A stretch of 64,000 nucleotides of DNA from an uncultured archaeon (GCA_938045545.1 CALIBN010000007.1:64001-128000); one strand, 5' to 3'. Shown: positions 30,198-40,296, numbered from the stretch's first letter. Numbers and translations: made by a program. Notes: a model not told the origin generated them from the sequence alone.

Positions 30198-30294
30198 GTT
30201 AAGTGTCGGGAAAGATGTCTTGTAAGTATTTATAAGTGTATTGTAGGAATACTCGGTAAAAACATATAAGCATGAGGAGGCTGGAAGAAACGGA

Positions 30295-30537
30295 ATGAAG
30301 ATTCTGGTTAAGTATTTCGCCTCCTACAGGGAGGCTGTGGGAAAATACGAGGAGGAACTGGAGCTTACACCCGGCTCAACCGTTAAGGAGGTTCTCGAAG
30401 AGATAGTTTCGAAGCATCCTGGAGTTGAGGTTGATAAGGAGGCAATAATTGTCTTAAACCAGAAGATAGTTAGGGATAATCCGGAAGTTAAAGATGGCGA
30501 TGTTCTGGCAATTTTCCCGCAGCTGGGTGGCGGGTGA
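30295..30537 (+). CDS. moaD: MoaD/ThiS/SAMP ubiquitin-like sulfur carrier
   Basis: MKILVKYFASYRE...DGDVLAIFPQLGGG with a C-terminal diglycine. Divergent from the AOR gene. Confidence 0.85.
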   Translation: MKILVKYFASYREAVGKYEEELELTPGSTVKEVLEEIVSKHPGVEVDKEAIIVLNQKIVRDNPEVKDGDVLAIFPQLGGG

Positions 30538-30630
30538 CAGTTAAGCCTGTTGACGGATGTTAGCCGGAATAAGCCTCGTGTTTCTATGGAAAGTAAAGTT
30601 AAAAAGTGACTGAAAAGAGTTAAGTGGGAA

Positions 30631-31416
30631 ATGAAGTTCTCAGTCCAAGAGAATCTTGTTCCCGGTGCTAATTTAGAGGAGAAGCTTAGGAAGCTTGAAA
30701 ACTATGGTTATGACGGTATTGAGCTTTGGGGGAGACAGGAGCTCGGCGGGGTTCTAAAGAATGTTTTGGATGCGTTATCCACCACTAGCGTTAAGGTGAG
30801 CACTATTTGTTCAGGATACTCGGGAAGCCTGCTTTCTCCAAGAAGAGAAGACAGGGAGGCGGCATTAAAAGGGATAAAGGAGAGGCTCGAGTGGGCTAAT
30901 AGGCTTGGTGCGGTAGGGGTTATAACGGTACCGGTCTTTGGGGAGGCAACTGTTCCAGACCTTTCTCCTCTTTTCAAAGACAAGTTTGAACTGGAGTGGA
31001 AGCTGGCTGTAGAAGAATACAGGATTCTTGGGAGGCATGCGAGGGATGTTGGAAGCATAGTGATTGTGGAGCCGCTTAACAGGTATGAGACTCACTTCCT
31101 CAAGACGCTTTCTCAAGCCGCCTCGCTCTGTGAAGAAGTCGGCTTAGACGAGGTGAGAATAATGGCTGACTATTTCCACATGAGTATTGAGGAGGTTGAC
31201 ATCGGGTCAAGCCTGAGGAAACATCTTGAAAAGATTGTTCACGTGCACCTTGCTGACAGCAACAGGTTGACGCCAGGAAGAGGACATACTGATTTCAGTT
31301 CTTTGAGGATTCTGAGAGAAGGAGGCTATAAGCATTATCTTACCTTGGAGTGCGGCGTACCCGGCGAGCCTGATGAGGAGTTGAGAAGAACGCTAAGCTT
31401 CCTTAAATCATTCTGA
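30631..31416 (+). CDS. Sugar phosphate isomerase/epimerase (xylose-isomerase-like TIM barrel)
   Basis: GYDGIEL, VEPLNRYE, DYFHM, HVHLADSNR and PGRGH. Confidence 0.88.
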   Translation: MKFSVQENLVPGANLEEKLRKLENYGYDGIELWGRQELGGVLKNVLDALSTTSVKVSTICSGYSGSLLSPRREDREAALKGIKERLEWANRLGAVGVITVPVFGEATVPDLSPLFKDKFELEWKLAVEEYRILGRHARDVGSIVIVEPLNRYETHFLKTLSQAASLCEEVGLDEVRIMADYFHMSIEEVDIGSSLRKHLEKIVHVHLADSNRLTPGRGHTDFSSLRILREGGYKHYLTLECGVPGEPDEELRRTLSFLKSF

Positions 31417-31449
31417 TAAAGTAATCCGGGTTAAGAGGTAAGACAAGAG

Positions 31450-32481
31450 TTGAAGCCTGTTGATCGCGTGCTCACTACGCTTAATCATGAGGAGCCCGAC
31501 ATGGTTCCCTGCCTCTGGGCTGTTGCAGACGGCCTCAAACAGCTTCAAGAAGCTTTCAGGGCCAGAGAAATGCCCCAGGATCTTGTGGGCGTAGGAAGCA
31601 TTCCGGAGACAAGGGTTTTAGAGCAGGGTTCTGAACACAGGCTTTTAGAATCCGTTTTCGGAGACGTGCATCGCGTCTCTTACAAAGTGTATTATGGTTA
31701 CAGGGAGTTAGTTAAGCCAGCCGTCTCAAAGCCGGAGGATCTTAATAGGCTTGAAGAACTACGGTTCGAATTATCTAGAGAAAATGTTAAGAGGATCAGG
31801 GTGAATGTTGAGAAAAACAGTGATCGCTTCACCTTCATAAGTCACGAGAGCCCTTTCGGCTTAGCAGCATACTCCTTAAGGGGTTTCAAACAGTTTCTAA
31901 CAGACATAGTTGTTAACCCGGGTTTCGCCAAAAAGATTCTCAGTTTCGGAGTTAAGGTGCTTATGGAAATGTCAAGGCAAATAATAGAGGAAACAGGTGT
32001 TAATGCTGTCTGGCTTTCAGGCGACCTGGGTGATCGCAACGGCCCATTCGTGTCGCCAAACCTCTACAGGGAAATTCTAGAGCCATTTGACCGTGAGCTT
32101 TGCAGGATCTACCATAAGCTGGGGACCTATGTTTTCATCCACAGTCATGGTAATCTGAACCTTATTCTTGACAGGCTGGTTGACGCGGGGTTTGACGGCT
32201 TAAACCCTTTGGATGAGGCTGAAAACATGGTTCTCGCTTCTGTGAAGGAGAAATACGGGAGCAAGGTGACCCTAATACCTCAGCCGTCTACCTATAAATT
32301 GGAGAAGATGCCTAGAAGCCTGATAGAGAAATATGTTGCAAACCAGCTTCACGCCGGGGCTCATGGCGGAGGTTTCATATACTACGGTGTAATAGTTAAC
32401 ATGCCTCTTGAAAACGCTGAGGAATACGTTAAGGCTTTTTTAAAATTGAGGAGTTACCCGTTGCGGTGCTGCAGGAGGTGA
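31450..32481 (+). CDS. UROD/MtaA family protein
   Basis: DRVLTTLNHEEPDMVP, LRG, GDLG..GPFVSP, HSHGN and GGGFI. Confidence 0.8.
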   Translation: MKPVDRVLTTLNHEEPDMVPCLWAVADGLKQLQEAFRAREMPQDLVGVGSIPETRVLEQGSEHRLLESVFGDVHRVSYKVYYGYRELVKPAVSKPEDLNRLEELRFELSRENVKRIRVNVEKNSDRFTFISHESPFGLAAYSLRGFKQFLTDIVVNPGFAKKILSFGVKVLMEMSRQIIEETGVNAVWLSGDLGDRNGPFVSPNLYREILEPFDRELCRIYHKLGTYVFIHSHGNLNLILDRLVDAGFDGLNPLDEAENMVLASVKEKYGSKVTLIPQPSTYKLEKMPRSLIEKYVANQLHAGAHGGGFIYYGVIVNMPLENAEEYVKAFLKLRSYPLRCCRR

Positions 32482-32582
32482 GTTGCTGTATATTGTCGTC
32501 GGTTAACGGCTCAGCCTCTGCTTTACGCATTTCTAAGCAAAAGGCTTAAAAGATTATCGTGGATTTTTGAAACGATGTCTTC

Positions 32583-33161
32583 ATGAGCATGATTGAGAAA
32601 ACCATAGTCTACTTTAGCACGCCTGGGAGGATCAATACTGAGACTGTTCTAGTTTTAGCGAGAAAGAGGGCTGAGGAGCTCGGCATAAGAAGCATCGTCG
32701 TCGCGTCTACAACGGGCGAAACTGGAGTTAAGGCCTCGCAGCTGTTTAAGGGCTTCAACCTGGTTGTCGTAACCCATCATACGGGCTTCAAAGAGCTTGG
32801 GCAACAGGAGTTGACTGAGGAGAACCGTAGAATAATAGAGGCAAACGGCGCTAAGGTTTACACCGGGACGCATGTCTTCATGAATGTTGAGAGGGCGATA
32901 AGAAGCAAGTTTAACACCGCTTACCCTGCTGAGATAATGGCTCAGACCCTTAGGCTTTTCTGCGAGGGCATGAAGGTGGCTGTCGAGATCGCAGCAATGG
33001 CTGCTGACGCTGGCCTAATACCTGTGGACAGGGATGTGGTGAGCATAGCTGGAACCGGTAGGGGTGCTGACACCGCTATAGTTGTCCAGCCTGCTAACTC
33101 TTCTAGGATATTCGACATGATTATTAAAGAGATCATAGCTAAGCCTCTGAGCAAGGCATGA
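32583..33161 (+). CDS. Stand-alone pyruvate-kinase C-terminal alpha/beta domain protein (MTH1675-like)
   Basis: IVYFSTPG..NT, IVVASTTGETG, VVVTHH, GMKVAVEIAAMAADAG and GTGRGADTA. Confidence 0.8.
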   Translation: MSMIEKTIVYFSTPGRINTETVLVLARKRAEELGIRSIVVASTTGETGVKASQLFKGFNLVVVTHHTGFKELGQQELTEENRRIIEANGAKVYTGTHVFMNVERAIRSKFNTAYPAEIMAQTLRLFCEGMKVAVEIAAMAADAGLIPVDRDVVSIAGTGRGADTAIVVQPANSSRIFDMIIKEIIAKPLSKA

Positions 33162-33176
33162 GGAGTAAAAAGGCGG

Positions 33177-34010
33177 ATGGTTGAACATGGCTTTGCTGAA
33201 GCCTGTGATAAAAAAGAATTTGGAGGGCGTAGCGCCTTGTTCAGCCAGGTAGGGAAAGGGCTTAGGTTAAGCAGGATTTTCTCTAAAGACGGGAAAACGC
33301 TGATCATCGGTCTTGACTCTACTTTCGCAGGCGGACAGGTTGAAAACCTGTGGAGAACGCGAAGCATCCTGACAAGCGTTTTAAAGTCTAATCCGGATGC
33401 CGTCATCCTTAGCAAGGGACAGGTCACCGGGCTGGAAAGCCTGATCGGAGGCAGAGGGCCCTCTGTTATAATAAGGTCTGATTTCACGAATGCTGCGGTG
33501 GGCTATTCGACACTGCCCCGTAAAAAACTCGAGCATGTTAAACTAGTTAACCCTAGAGAGGCTTTGACATTGGGTGTTGAAGGTGTTGCCGCTTATCTTC
33601 TCGTCGGGGATGAGGATGAGGAGGCTAGAAGTATTAGAATTGTTTCAACACTCGTCTCGGGCTGCCGAAAGCTGGGGCTTCCACTCCTCGTGGAGACAAT
33701 AGCATTAGGTGAGCGTGTCACTCAGGCTAACCGCCTAGACTGTTTAAAGCTTGCCGTCAGGATGGCTATTGAAGCGGGTGCCGACCTGGTTGCAGCACCA
33801 TATGTTGGAGACGAGAAGTCTATGCGCTCCATAGTCGAGGTGTCTGGTCAAACCCCGGTTGTCGCAGTTGACGATGCTGGGACTCCTCTATCAGAGCTTA
33901 GGAACGCTCTCTCAGCAGGATGCCTAGGCCTTCTTTTAAGGGAGAGACTGGCCTCGGGCGACGTTGAGGAGACTGTTGCGGAAGCCAGGCTTCTAGTCCA
34001 CGGGTGTTAA
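33177..34010 (+). CDS. DhnA/class I aldolase-like protein lacking the Schiff-base lysine
   Basis: Colinear with the downstream aldolase (GKGLRLSRIF, EALTLG, GLPLLVE). It has GADLVAAPY where the family has GADxxKxxY. Confidence 0.75.
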   Translation: MVEHGFAEACDKKEFGGRSALFSQVGKGLRLSRIFSKDGKTLIIGLDSTFAGGQVENLWRTRSILTSVLKSNPDAVILSKGQVTGLESLIGGRGPSVIIRSDFTNAAVGYSTLPRKKLEHVKLVNPREALTLGVEGVAAYLLVGDEDEEARSIRIVSTLVSGCRKLGLPLLVETIALGERVTQANRLDCLKLAVRMAIEAGADLVAAPYVGDEKSMRSIVEVSGQTPVVAVDDAGTPLSELRNALSAGCLGLLLRERLASGDVEETVAEARLLVHGC

Positions 34011-34012
34011 GA

Positions 34013-35248
34013 ATGCAGATCGGCAAGAGGCTTAGGCTGAAAAGAATATTTGGCGAAGACGGGAGAGCCGTGGTCGTCGCCGCTGACCATGGGCTTATGC
34101 TTGGACCAATAAGGGGCGTTGTCAACCTGAGGGAAACACTTACCAGGGTTATTCAAGGGGGTCCAGACGCCATTCTTCTAACCCCTGGGCAAGCATCCAG
34201 TCTAATAGACCTTTTCTACGGAAAGGATGCCCCTGCACTCTTGGTAAGAGCCGATTGGACGAACGCGTTCAGGGACAAGACCTACACTCTCCCGGCCAGA
34301 GTCATACGCGACGTAGACACAGTGAGGGTGGAGGATGCTTTAGCCCTAGGAGCCACCGGAATAGTAGTATACCTTTTCATGGGTTTGGGCGACGAAGACG
34401 AGGAGGCTAGAAACATTGAAATGGTATCGGTGTTTTCACGCGAATGCGAGAAACAAGGCATGCCCCTCATAGTTGAGCCCCTCCCAATGGGTGAACGGGT
34501 AACGAAGGCGAACTACGTCGACCTCGTAGCTCTTTCAGTGAAGATCGCCGCTGAGCTTGGTGCGGATGCGCTTAAAGTCCCATACACAGGCGACCCGTAC
34601 ACTTTTGAAAAGGTTGTTAAAACTGCCGGTGGAATACCGGTGCTAGCCTTAGGTGGCTACAGTGGAGTCACCGTAAGAGACTCGCTGGAGGTTGTTGAAG
34701 AGGTCATGCAGGCGGGTGGTTCCGGAATCGTCTACGGAAGGAACATAGTGCAGGCCCAAGATCCCGGGGAGATGGTAAGGCTCGTAAGGAGCATAGTGCA
34801 CGAGGGTAGGAGCGCCTTGGAGGTGGTTGGAGCCGCCAAGAAGGGGAGGATTTCCCTCAGGGTTGAGCCAGCCCTCTGCGTCGGCTGCAGCCTGTGTGCC
34901 GCTGTCTGCAGCCTCTACCATGATGGGAGCATAGATATTGGGCGTGCTAGGCTCAGAGTTTTACAGGAGTGGCCAAGCGGAGCCAAGCCGGTTGTATGTG
35001 TTCAATGCGGGAAATGCATATCCGTCTGTCCAACTGGAGCCTTAAAATGGGGCTCGAAAGGTAATGTTGAGCTTGAGGAGAAGCTTTGCACATCCTGCAT
35101 GGCTTGCGTGGAAACATGCCCGCAGAAGGTCATCGTGTTCGACGAGAAGAGGAATATTCCTCTGTTTTGCGACCTTTGCGGCGGGGTTCCCCAGTGCTCG
35201 GAGTGGTGCGGCACAGCAGCCATAAGGATCGTAGAGGAGGATGCTTAA
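34013..35248 (+). CDS. DhnA/class I aldolase fused to a C-terminal 4x[4Fe-4S] ferredoxin domain
   Basis: AADHG, GADALKVPY and YGRNIVQ. These are followed in the same frame by CVGCSLCAAVC, CVQCGKCISVCP, CTSCMACVETCP and CDLCGGVPQCSEWC. Confidence 0.85.
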   Translation: MQIGKRLRLKRIFGEDGRAVVVAADHGLMLGPIRGVVNLRETLTRVIQGGPDAILLTPGQASSLIDLFYGKDAPALLVRADWTNAFRDKTYTLPARVIRDVDTVRVEDALALGATGIVVYLFMGLGDEDEEARNIEMVSVFSRECEKQGMPLIVEPLPMGERVTKANYVDLVALSVKIAAELGADALKVPYTGDPYTFEKVVKTAGGIPVLALGGYSGVTVRDSLEVVEEVMQAGGSGIVYGRNIVQAQDPGEMVRLVRSIVHEGRSALEVVGAAKKGRISLRVEPALCVGCSLCAAVCSLYHDGSIDIGRARLRVLQEWPSGAKPVVCVQCGKCISVCPTGALKWGSKGNVELEEKLCTSCMACVETCPQKVIVFDEKRNIPLFCDLCGGVPQCSEWCGTAAIRIVEEDA

Positions 35249-37061
35249 AATGAAGGGTGGCTACACGGGCAGGGTTCTAAGCTTCGACCTCTCCTTAGAA
35301 AAGGCTAAAGTTGGGGACTTGAACGAGAAGGAGGCTTTCCTACTGCTCGGTGGAAAGGGTCTTGGAGCCCTTCTCCTCTACAGGAGTCTGCGAGGTAAAG
35401 AGGATCCTCTCTCCCCTGAAAACCCTCTCATAGTTTCAACAGGGCCCTTGACAGGGACGATTGCTCCAACAGGCACTAAGTTCAGTGTTCTAACTAAAAG
35501 CCCACAGACAGGTGTTTTCCTCGATTCAAACTGCGGAGGAATGTTTGGAGTGCAGCTTAAGAGAGCCGGCTACGATATGCTTATTGTCAAAGGGGCTGCT
35601 GAAGAACCCTCCATGCTAATAGTTGATGAAAACGGTGCTGAGCTTAGGCCCTGCAGGCTATGGGGCGTGACGACGTTTGAAACAATCGCGGAGCTTAAGA
35701 AGGAGTTTCCCAACCGCGGCATCCTAGTAATCGGGCCCGCGGGTGAAAGGCTTGCTCCAATATCCGGATTGTTGACGGACGACGCGAGGTCTGCAGGCCG
35801 TGGCGGCTCTGGTGCAGTAATGGGCTCTAAAAGGCTTAAAGCAATAGTAGCGGGAGGCAGGAGACCAATAGAGGTTTATGATGCTGAGGGGATGAAGAGG
35901 GCTGCCTGGGTGGTCAGGAGGATGCTCAGGCTGCATGAGGTTACTGCGAGAAGCCTTCCGAGACACGGGACGGTGAACATAATAGAGGCTGTCAACGAGA
36001 TGGGGGCTCTCCCAACGAGAAACTTTCAAAAAGGCAGGTTCGACGGCGCGGGCGAGCTTTCAGGGGAGAAATGGAGGTCCGGTCTTTGGAGGAGGGATAA
36101 GGGTTGCTACGGCTGCACTATAAGGTGCGGGAAAATCGCTGTTTTAAACGGCTCATGGGTCGACGGGCCGGACTACGAGACCATCTGGGCGTTCGGTCCA
36201 AACTGCGGTATCAAAGATACTAAAACAATAGCTATGGCTAACTATCTTTGCGACGACTACGGCTTAGACACGATAAGCACCGGCGTCACGATAAGCTTCC
36301 TAATGGAGCTCTACGAGAAAGGCTTCATCCAAGACTTGGACGGGTTGAAGCCCATGTGGGGGGACGAGGATGTCTTTCTCAAGCTTGTGGAGAAAGCGTG
36401 TAAGGGCGAGGGGTGTGGAAGAATGATTGAGCAGGGTGTAGCCAGGGTGAGCGGAAAGTTCCCGGGCAGCGAGGCCTTCGCAATGCACGTGAAAGGATTG
36501 GAAATGCCTGCTTACGAGCCGAGGGCCGCTAAAGGAATGGGTCTTGGCTACGCGACCAGCGACCGGGGGGCGTGCCATCTTAGAGGATACACTGCTGGGC
36601 AGGAGCTGCTTGGGTACGGTGGGGGCGTAGACCCGTACACTATTGAGGGCAAGGCTAGGCTAGTGATAGATAGGCAGGACGAGAAGGCTGTGATAGACTC
36701 TTCAGGCCTATGCTTCTTCGCGTTTTACGCAATAACTCTTAAAGAGCTGCACCGCATGATTGTTGCCTGCACCGGGCTCCCCTATAAAGACTGGTATGAA
36801 TTAATGAGGATAGGGGAGAGAATCTACAACTTGACGAGGCTTTTCAACATTAGGGAGGGGTTAACCAGGAAGGATGACACTCTGCCCAGCAGATTCTTAA
36901 AGGAACCCATGCCCGAGGGACCTGGAAAAGGACAGGTGGTTGAGCTTGAACAGATGCTTTCCGAATACTATAGGCTCAGGGGTTGGAACGAGAAAGGTGA
37001 GCCTAAAAAGGAAACTCTTGATAGTCTAGGGTTAAACGAGCTTCTTAAGACGAACGAATAG
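35241..37061 (+). CDS. aor: Tungsten-type aldehyde:ferredoxin oxidoreductase family protein (start may be 35250)
   Basis: GGKGLG, KSPQTG, GPAGE, GRGGSGAVMGSK, CYGCTIRC, GPDYET, DDYGLDTIS and RGACH. Confidence 0.92.
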   Translation: MLKMKGGYTGRVLSFDLSLEKAKVGDLNEKEAFLLLGGKGLGALLLYRSLRGKEDPLSPENPLIVSTGPLTGTIAPTGTKFSVLTKSPQTGVFLDSNCGGMFGVQLKRAGYDMLIVKGAAEEPSMLIVDENGAELRPCRLWGVTTFETIAELKKEFPNRGILVIGPAGERLAPISGLLTDDARSAGRGGSGAVMGSKRLKAIVAGGRRPIEVYDAEGMKRAAWVVRRMLRLHEVTARSLPRHGTVNIIEAVNEMGALPTRNFQKGRFDGAGELSGEKWRSGLWRRDKGCYGCTIRCGKIAVLNGSWVDGPDYETIWAFGPNCGIKDTKTIAMANYLCDDYGLDTISTGVTISFLMELYEKGFIQDLDGLKPMWGDEDVFLKLVEKACKGEGCGRMIEQGVARVSGKFPGSEAFAMHVKGLEMPAYEPRAAKGMGLGYATSDRGACHLRGYTAGQELLGYGGGVDPYTIEGKARLVIDRQDEKAVIDSSGLCFFAFYAITLKELHRMIVACTGLPYKDWYELMRIGERIYNLTRLFNIREGLTRKDDTLPSRFLKEPMPEGPGKGQVVELEQMLSEYYRLRGWNEKGEPKKETLDSLGLNELLKTNE

Positions 37062-37249
37062 TGTACTGGAAACTTTTTCCATTATTTTTTAATCGCTTTT
37101 CAATGATGCTTTAATACACTTGTAGGATTATATTGAAAACGGTTGGGTCTCAGCTAGATTCACGTCATTCCCCAGATTAAGCCATATGTTTGGTGAATGC
37201 AATAGGCCTCTGCCGTCAAGCGTATACTCCTATGATATCCATCATCATA

Positions 37250-37708
37250 GACAAATCTGAAAGAGCCCGCAATGAATTCTAGTGTAATGATCCTTGAGAA
37301 GGTTATTGATGCAAAAACGACAACTGAGATTGTTTATGAGCCATGGGGCATGAAATGTATAAGTACAATCTATAAATCTAAGATCGAGCGGGTAATAAAA
37401 AGGAGAAGTTAATGTTGGCGAAGTCATAGAGTTAGCTCTTTCTGGATGCACAGTTAATGGAAAGCCAAGGATGGTTATAAAAGAAGACCCTCTGTCAAAA
37501 GTTGGGGAGCAACTCATATTATTTTCTGAAGCGTGTCAAAGAACTTGAAGGAAGGTTTAGAATTCTGGGTCCATGGAGAAGGTTCATTGTAATTTCTAAC
37601 AAGGTATATTCTTTGGGTGCCCTTTACCCGGATTCAAAAGAAAGCTCATTGAATGTAAACGGAGTAGACTTGGAAAAATTCTTAAAAGAAGTACAAGAAA
37701 ACATGTAA
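37250..37708 (+). pseudogene. Frameshifted remnant of a probable secreted hypothetical protein
   Basis: Joined across two frameshifts it reads NLKEPAMNSSVMILEKVID...KIERVIK/GEVNVGEVIEL...EDPLSKVGEQLILF/LKRV...LEKFLKEV. Confidence 0.4.
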
Positions 37709-37719
37709 AACAATTCTCT

Positions 37720-38745
37720 TTAGCACGAAAACAGTTGCCCTGCATTGTTTCGAAACGTATTCCCAATGATGCGTGGATTGTTTTTTACTGCTTTAATCAT
37801 CGTCTTAACATTCTCTACTGGAGTTTTCGGATGCAGGGCACAGGCTGGAGCCACTATTCTGATTCCGAGGTTTAGGCATGAGAGCGAGGCTTCAACAATG
37901 CTCTTCTCATCACCTTCCAGCAGTAGAAATGTACTTACTCCTCCTGCTAACGTTACGCCTCGGATCAAGTCTTTCGCAACCCTGAGGTTGGTTTTAGGGT
38001 CTACGTGGAAGACTTTAACACCTGTCTCAGGTATGTCTTTCAAAATCTTTAAAGTGTCTCCGCATATGTGTAGTATACAGGGGACATTTAACATTGAGGT
38101 CAACCGTTTAAGAGGCTCTACTTCGACAGTTCTGAAGATCATGGGGTTAAGCACGTCCGGTGATGAAGCCATGTCCTCAATCACGATAGCATCCGCCCCG
38201 GCGGAAACAATTTCCATGGCGTAATTCGCTATGGATGCTGAAAGCTGGTAAGTGTAATCCTTAATGAGATCCGGATCCCTTCTACTTAGCAACATGGTTT
38301 TAGCAGGGCCAAGCAGATAGTTGAGAAGGGTGAAAGGACCCGTGACGCCGCCGAGTATAGGAAAACCCGGTCCAACCGCTTCCCTAAGGTCTCCGATTAC
38401 GTCTAAAACCATACTCGTCCTACCTCTCCCCATAAAGTTGAACTCTTTTATCTTCTCCAAGAGTGTCCTTGGTTTAGGGTAATGACCCTCGAAGTCTAGC
38501 TCAACGCCGAGGGCTTCGGCTTCAACACACTGGTCGAAAGGGACCCGTATCGTTTCAAAACCAATTACTTGCTTAGCTGCTAAGGCGGCTTTAACCATGT
38601 GTTCACGGCTCCTGTGGACTGATGGCCATGTTGAGCCGCATATATTGAGTAACTCTTCAGTTAAAGGGCTAGTTATTGCAGTTGCCATCGGTCTCACCAT
38701 GTTTTCACCGCGCACTAGTGAGAGGAAGAGGCTTCTCCGATCCAA
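37720..38745 (-). CDS. MtaA/CmuA-type methylcobamide methyltransferase (UROD superfamily)
   Basis: RVPFDQCVEAEALG and GPFTL. Zn ligands in LHICG and APAC. TPVENV. Confidence 0.8.
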   Translation of the reverse strand: MDRRSLFLSLVRGENMVRPMATAITSPLTEELLNICGSTWPSVHRSREHMVKAALAAKQVIGFETIRVPFDQCVEAEALGVELDFEGHYPKPRTLLEKIKEFNFMGRGRTSMVLDVIGDLREAVGPGFPILGGVTGPFTLLNYLLGPAKTMLLSRRDPDLIKDYTYQLSASIANYAMEIVSAGADAIVIEDMASSPDVLNPMIFRTVEVEPLKRLTSMLNVPCILHICGDTLKILKDIPETGVKVFHVDPKTNLRVAKDLIRGVTLAGGVSTFLLLEGDEKSIVEASLSCLNLGIRIVAPACALHPKTPVENVKTMIKAVKNNPRIIGNTFRNNAGQLFSC

Positions 38746-39035
38746 ATCGCTAAATAAAATGTTGGCTTATTATTAGCTTTTATCGTGGTATCAGCTGGAA
38801 AGAGAATTAAACAAAAAGGTATTCCGGATGAAGGTCTTAGGGCTGTTTTCGAGTTAGCTGGTCATAAACACGGGCATGGCTTCTTTCCAAGAGGATTCGT
38901 AGTTGAGTATAGTCCTTAAGATACTGATGGTGTTCCACACGCATAGAATCAAGGGCTGTCAATATTCTTGACAGCCAGTCAATGTCGATAGAATTATATT
39001 TGCCACTCTAGCATTTGTTTAACAGGTGATGTTGC

Positions 39036-39460
39036 ATGAGTCCGGATGAAGACCTTTTTGAGACTCTGTCGCATCCCCTGCGGATTGAAATACTTAAGCT
39101 ACTGGCCAAAGGTTCTATGCGTTTCGCTGAGATAAAAAGGAGCTCAGGATTAATAGTAGCGGCCTCCTAGATTTTCATTTAAAGAAGCTTGACAATCTGA
39201 TAGGCGTAGATGGTGAAGGCCATTACGTCTTGAATGAGAAGGGGGTTGCAGCATTACAAGCGGTTGAAATTATATCTAAATATGGTTGGCAGAAAAGGGT
39301 GTTCTTCATAAACCTTTTAATATATATTCTAATGAATTCATATGTCTTTTTAACAGACATAAAGTTAGCTTCAATAGTACTGGCTACAAGTACATTATGG
39401 ATAGTATTCTACAGTTATTGGACATTCTTCAAAAGGCGTGTACATCTTAAAAACATATAA
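39036..39460 (+). pseudogene. ArsR-HTH + 2-TM regulator with a single frameshift near 39140
   Basis: RBS AGGTGA precedes MSPDEDLFETLSHPLRIEILKLL...FAEIKR. After the shift it continues ELRINSSGLLDFHLKKLD...NEKG into the TM segments. Confidence 0.7.
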
Positions 39461-39516
39461 GAAGGCAGCCTTATTCATGATCATGAAAAGAATGATAAAA
39501 ATAGGGTGCTTGAAAC

Positions 39517-40291
39517 ATGACGTATTCACCCCCAGTTTTCGTTAAAGAGCTCGTGGTTAAATATGGTTCTTTCGTTGCTGTCGACGGTATTTCATTCACC
39601 GTTGAACCCGGGGAAATATACGGACTTCTCGGTCCCAACGGGGCTGGTAAAACCAGCACTTTGAAAAGTGTTAACCGGGCTTTTAAAGCCTGCTTCCGGG
39701 AGAGTTGAAATATTCGGCAGGCCTCTTTCAGACGAGGTTGCTGTGAAAAGCATGATGGGCTATGTTCCGGAGGAGGTCATTCTGATGGATTCACTAACCC
39801 CAAGGGAATTCCTAGAATTCGTCGCCTCCATTAGGCGTCTAAACGCAGACACGGTTAACACGCGGCTTGAGAAACTGGTTTCAGCGTTTCAACTCAGAGA
39901 GTATTTCGACACACCTATCGCAGCCCTTTCCAAGGGGAATAAGCAGAAGGTCGCGGTAGTAGCGGCTCTGATGCACGAGCCAAAGCTCCTAATTCTAGAC
40001 GAGCCCCTGATAGGGCTTGACGCGTTCTCATCTAAAATACTCAAGGAACTGTTGACTTTCCACGCGAGCAAGGGTGGTGCAGTGATTTTTTCAACACACA
40101 TCATGGAGGTTGCTGAAAGACTCTGCACGAGAGTGGGTATAATAAACAGGGGGAGGATGGTTGGTGAGGGCACAGTCGATGGTCTTCGAAAACTGGTTAA
40201 GAGCGCGGAAGGCTCCTTAGAGGAAATATTCTTGAAGGTGACTGAGCAGGAGGCTGGAGTCCAGGAGATAGTTAAAGCATTGGAGGCGTAG
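39517..40291 (+). pseudogene. ABC exporter ATP-binding protein with a +1 frameshift in an A4 run (39664-39667)
   Basis: Walker [10 protein letters not shown] is in ORF 39517-39708. LSKGNKQK, LDEP and STH are in ORF 39668-40291. Confidence 0.75.
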
Positions 40292-40296
40292 GGTTA

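Noticed and set aside
37720-38745. The MtaA-like gene as evidence of methanogenesis
   Set aside because: No mcr, mtr or corrinoid genes are in the window, and the family is widespread in non-methanogens.
38795-38950. Coding-like fragment GIPDEGLRAVFELAGHKHGHGFFP
   Set aside because: It has no start, contains a stop and is too short to assign to a family.
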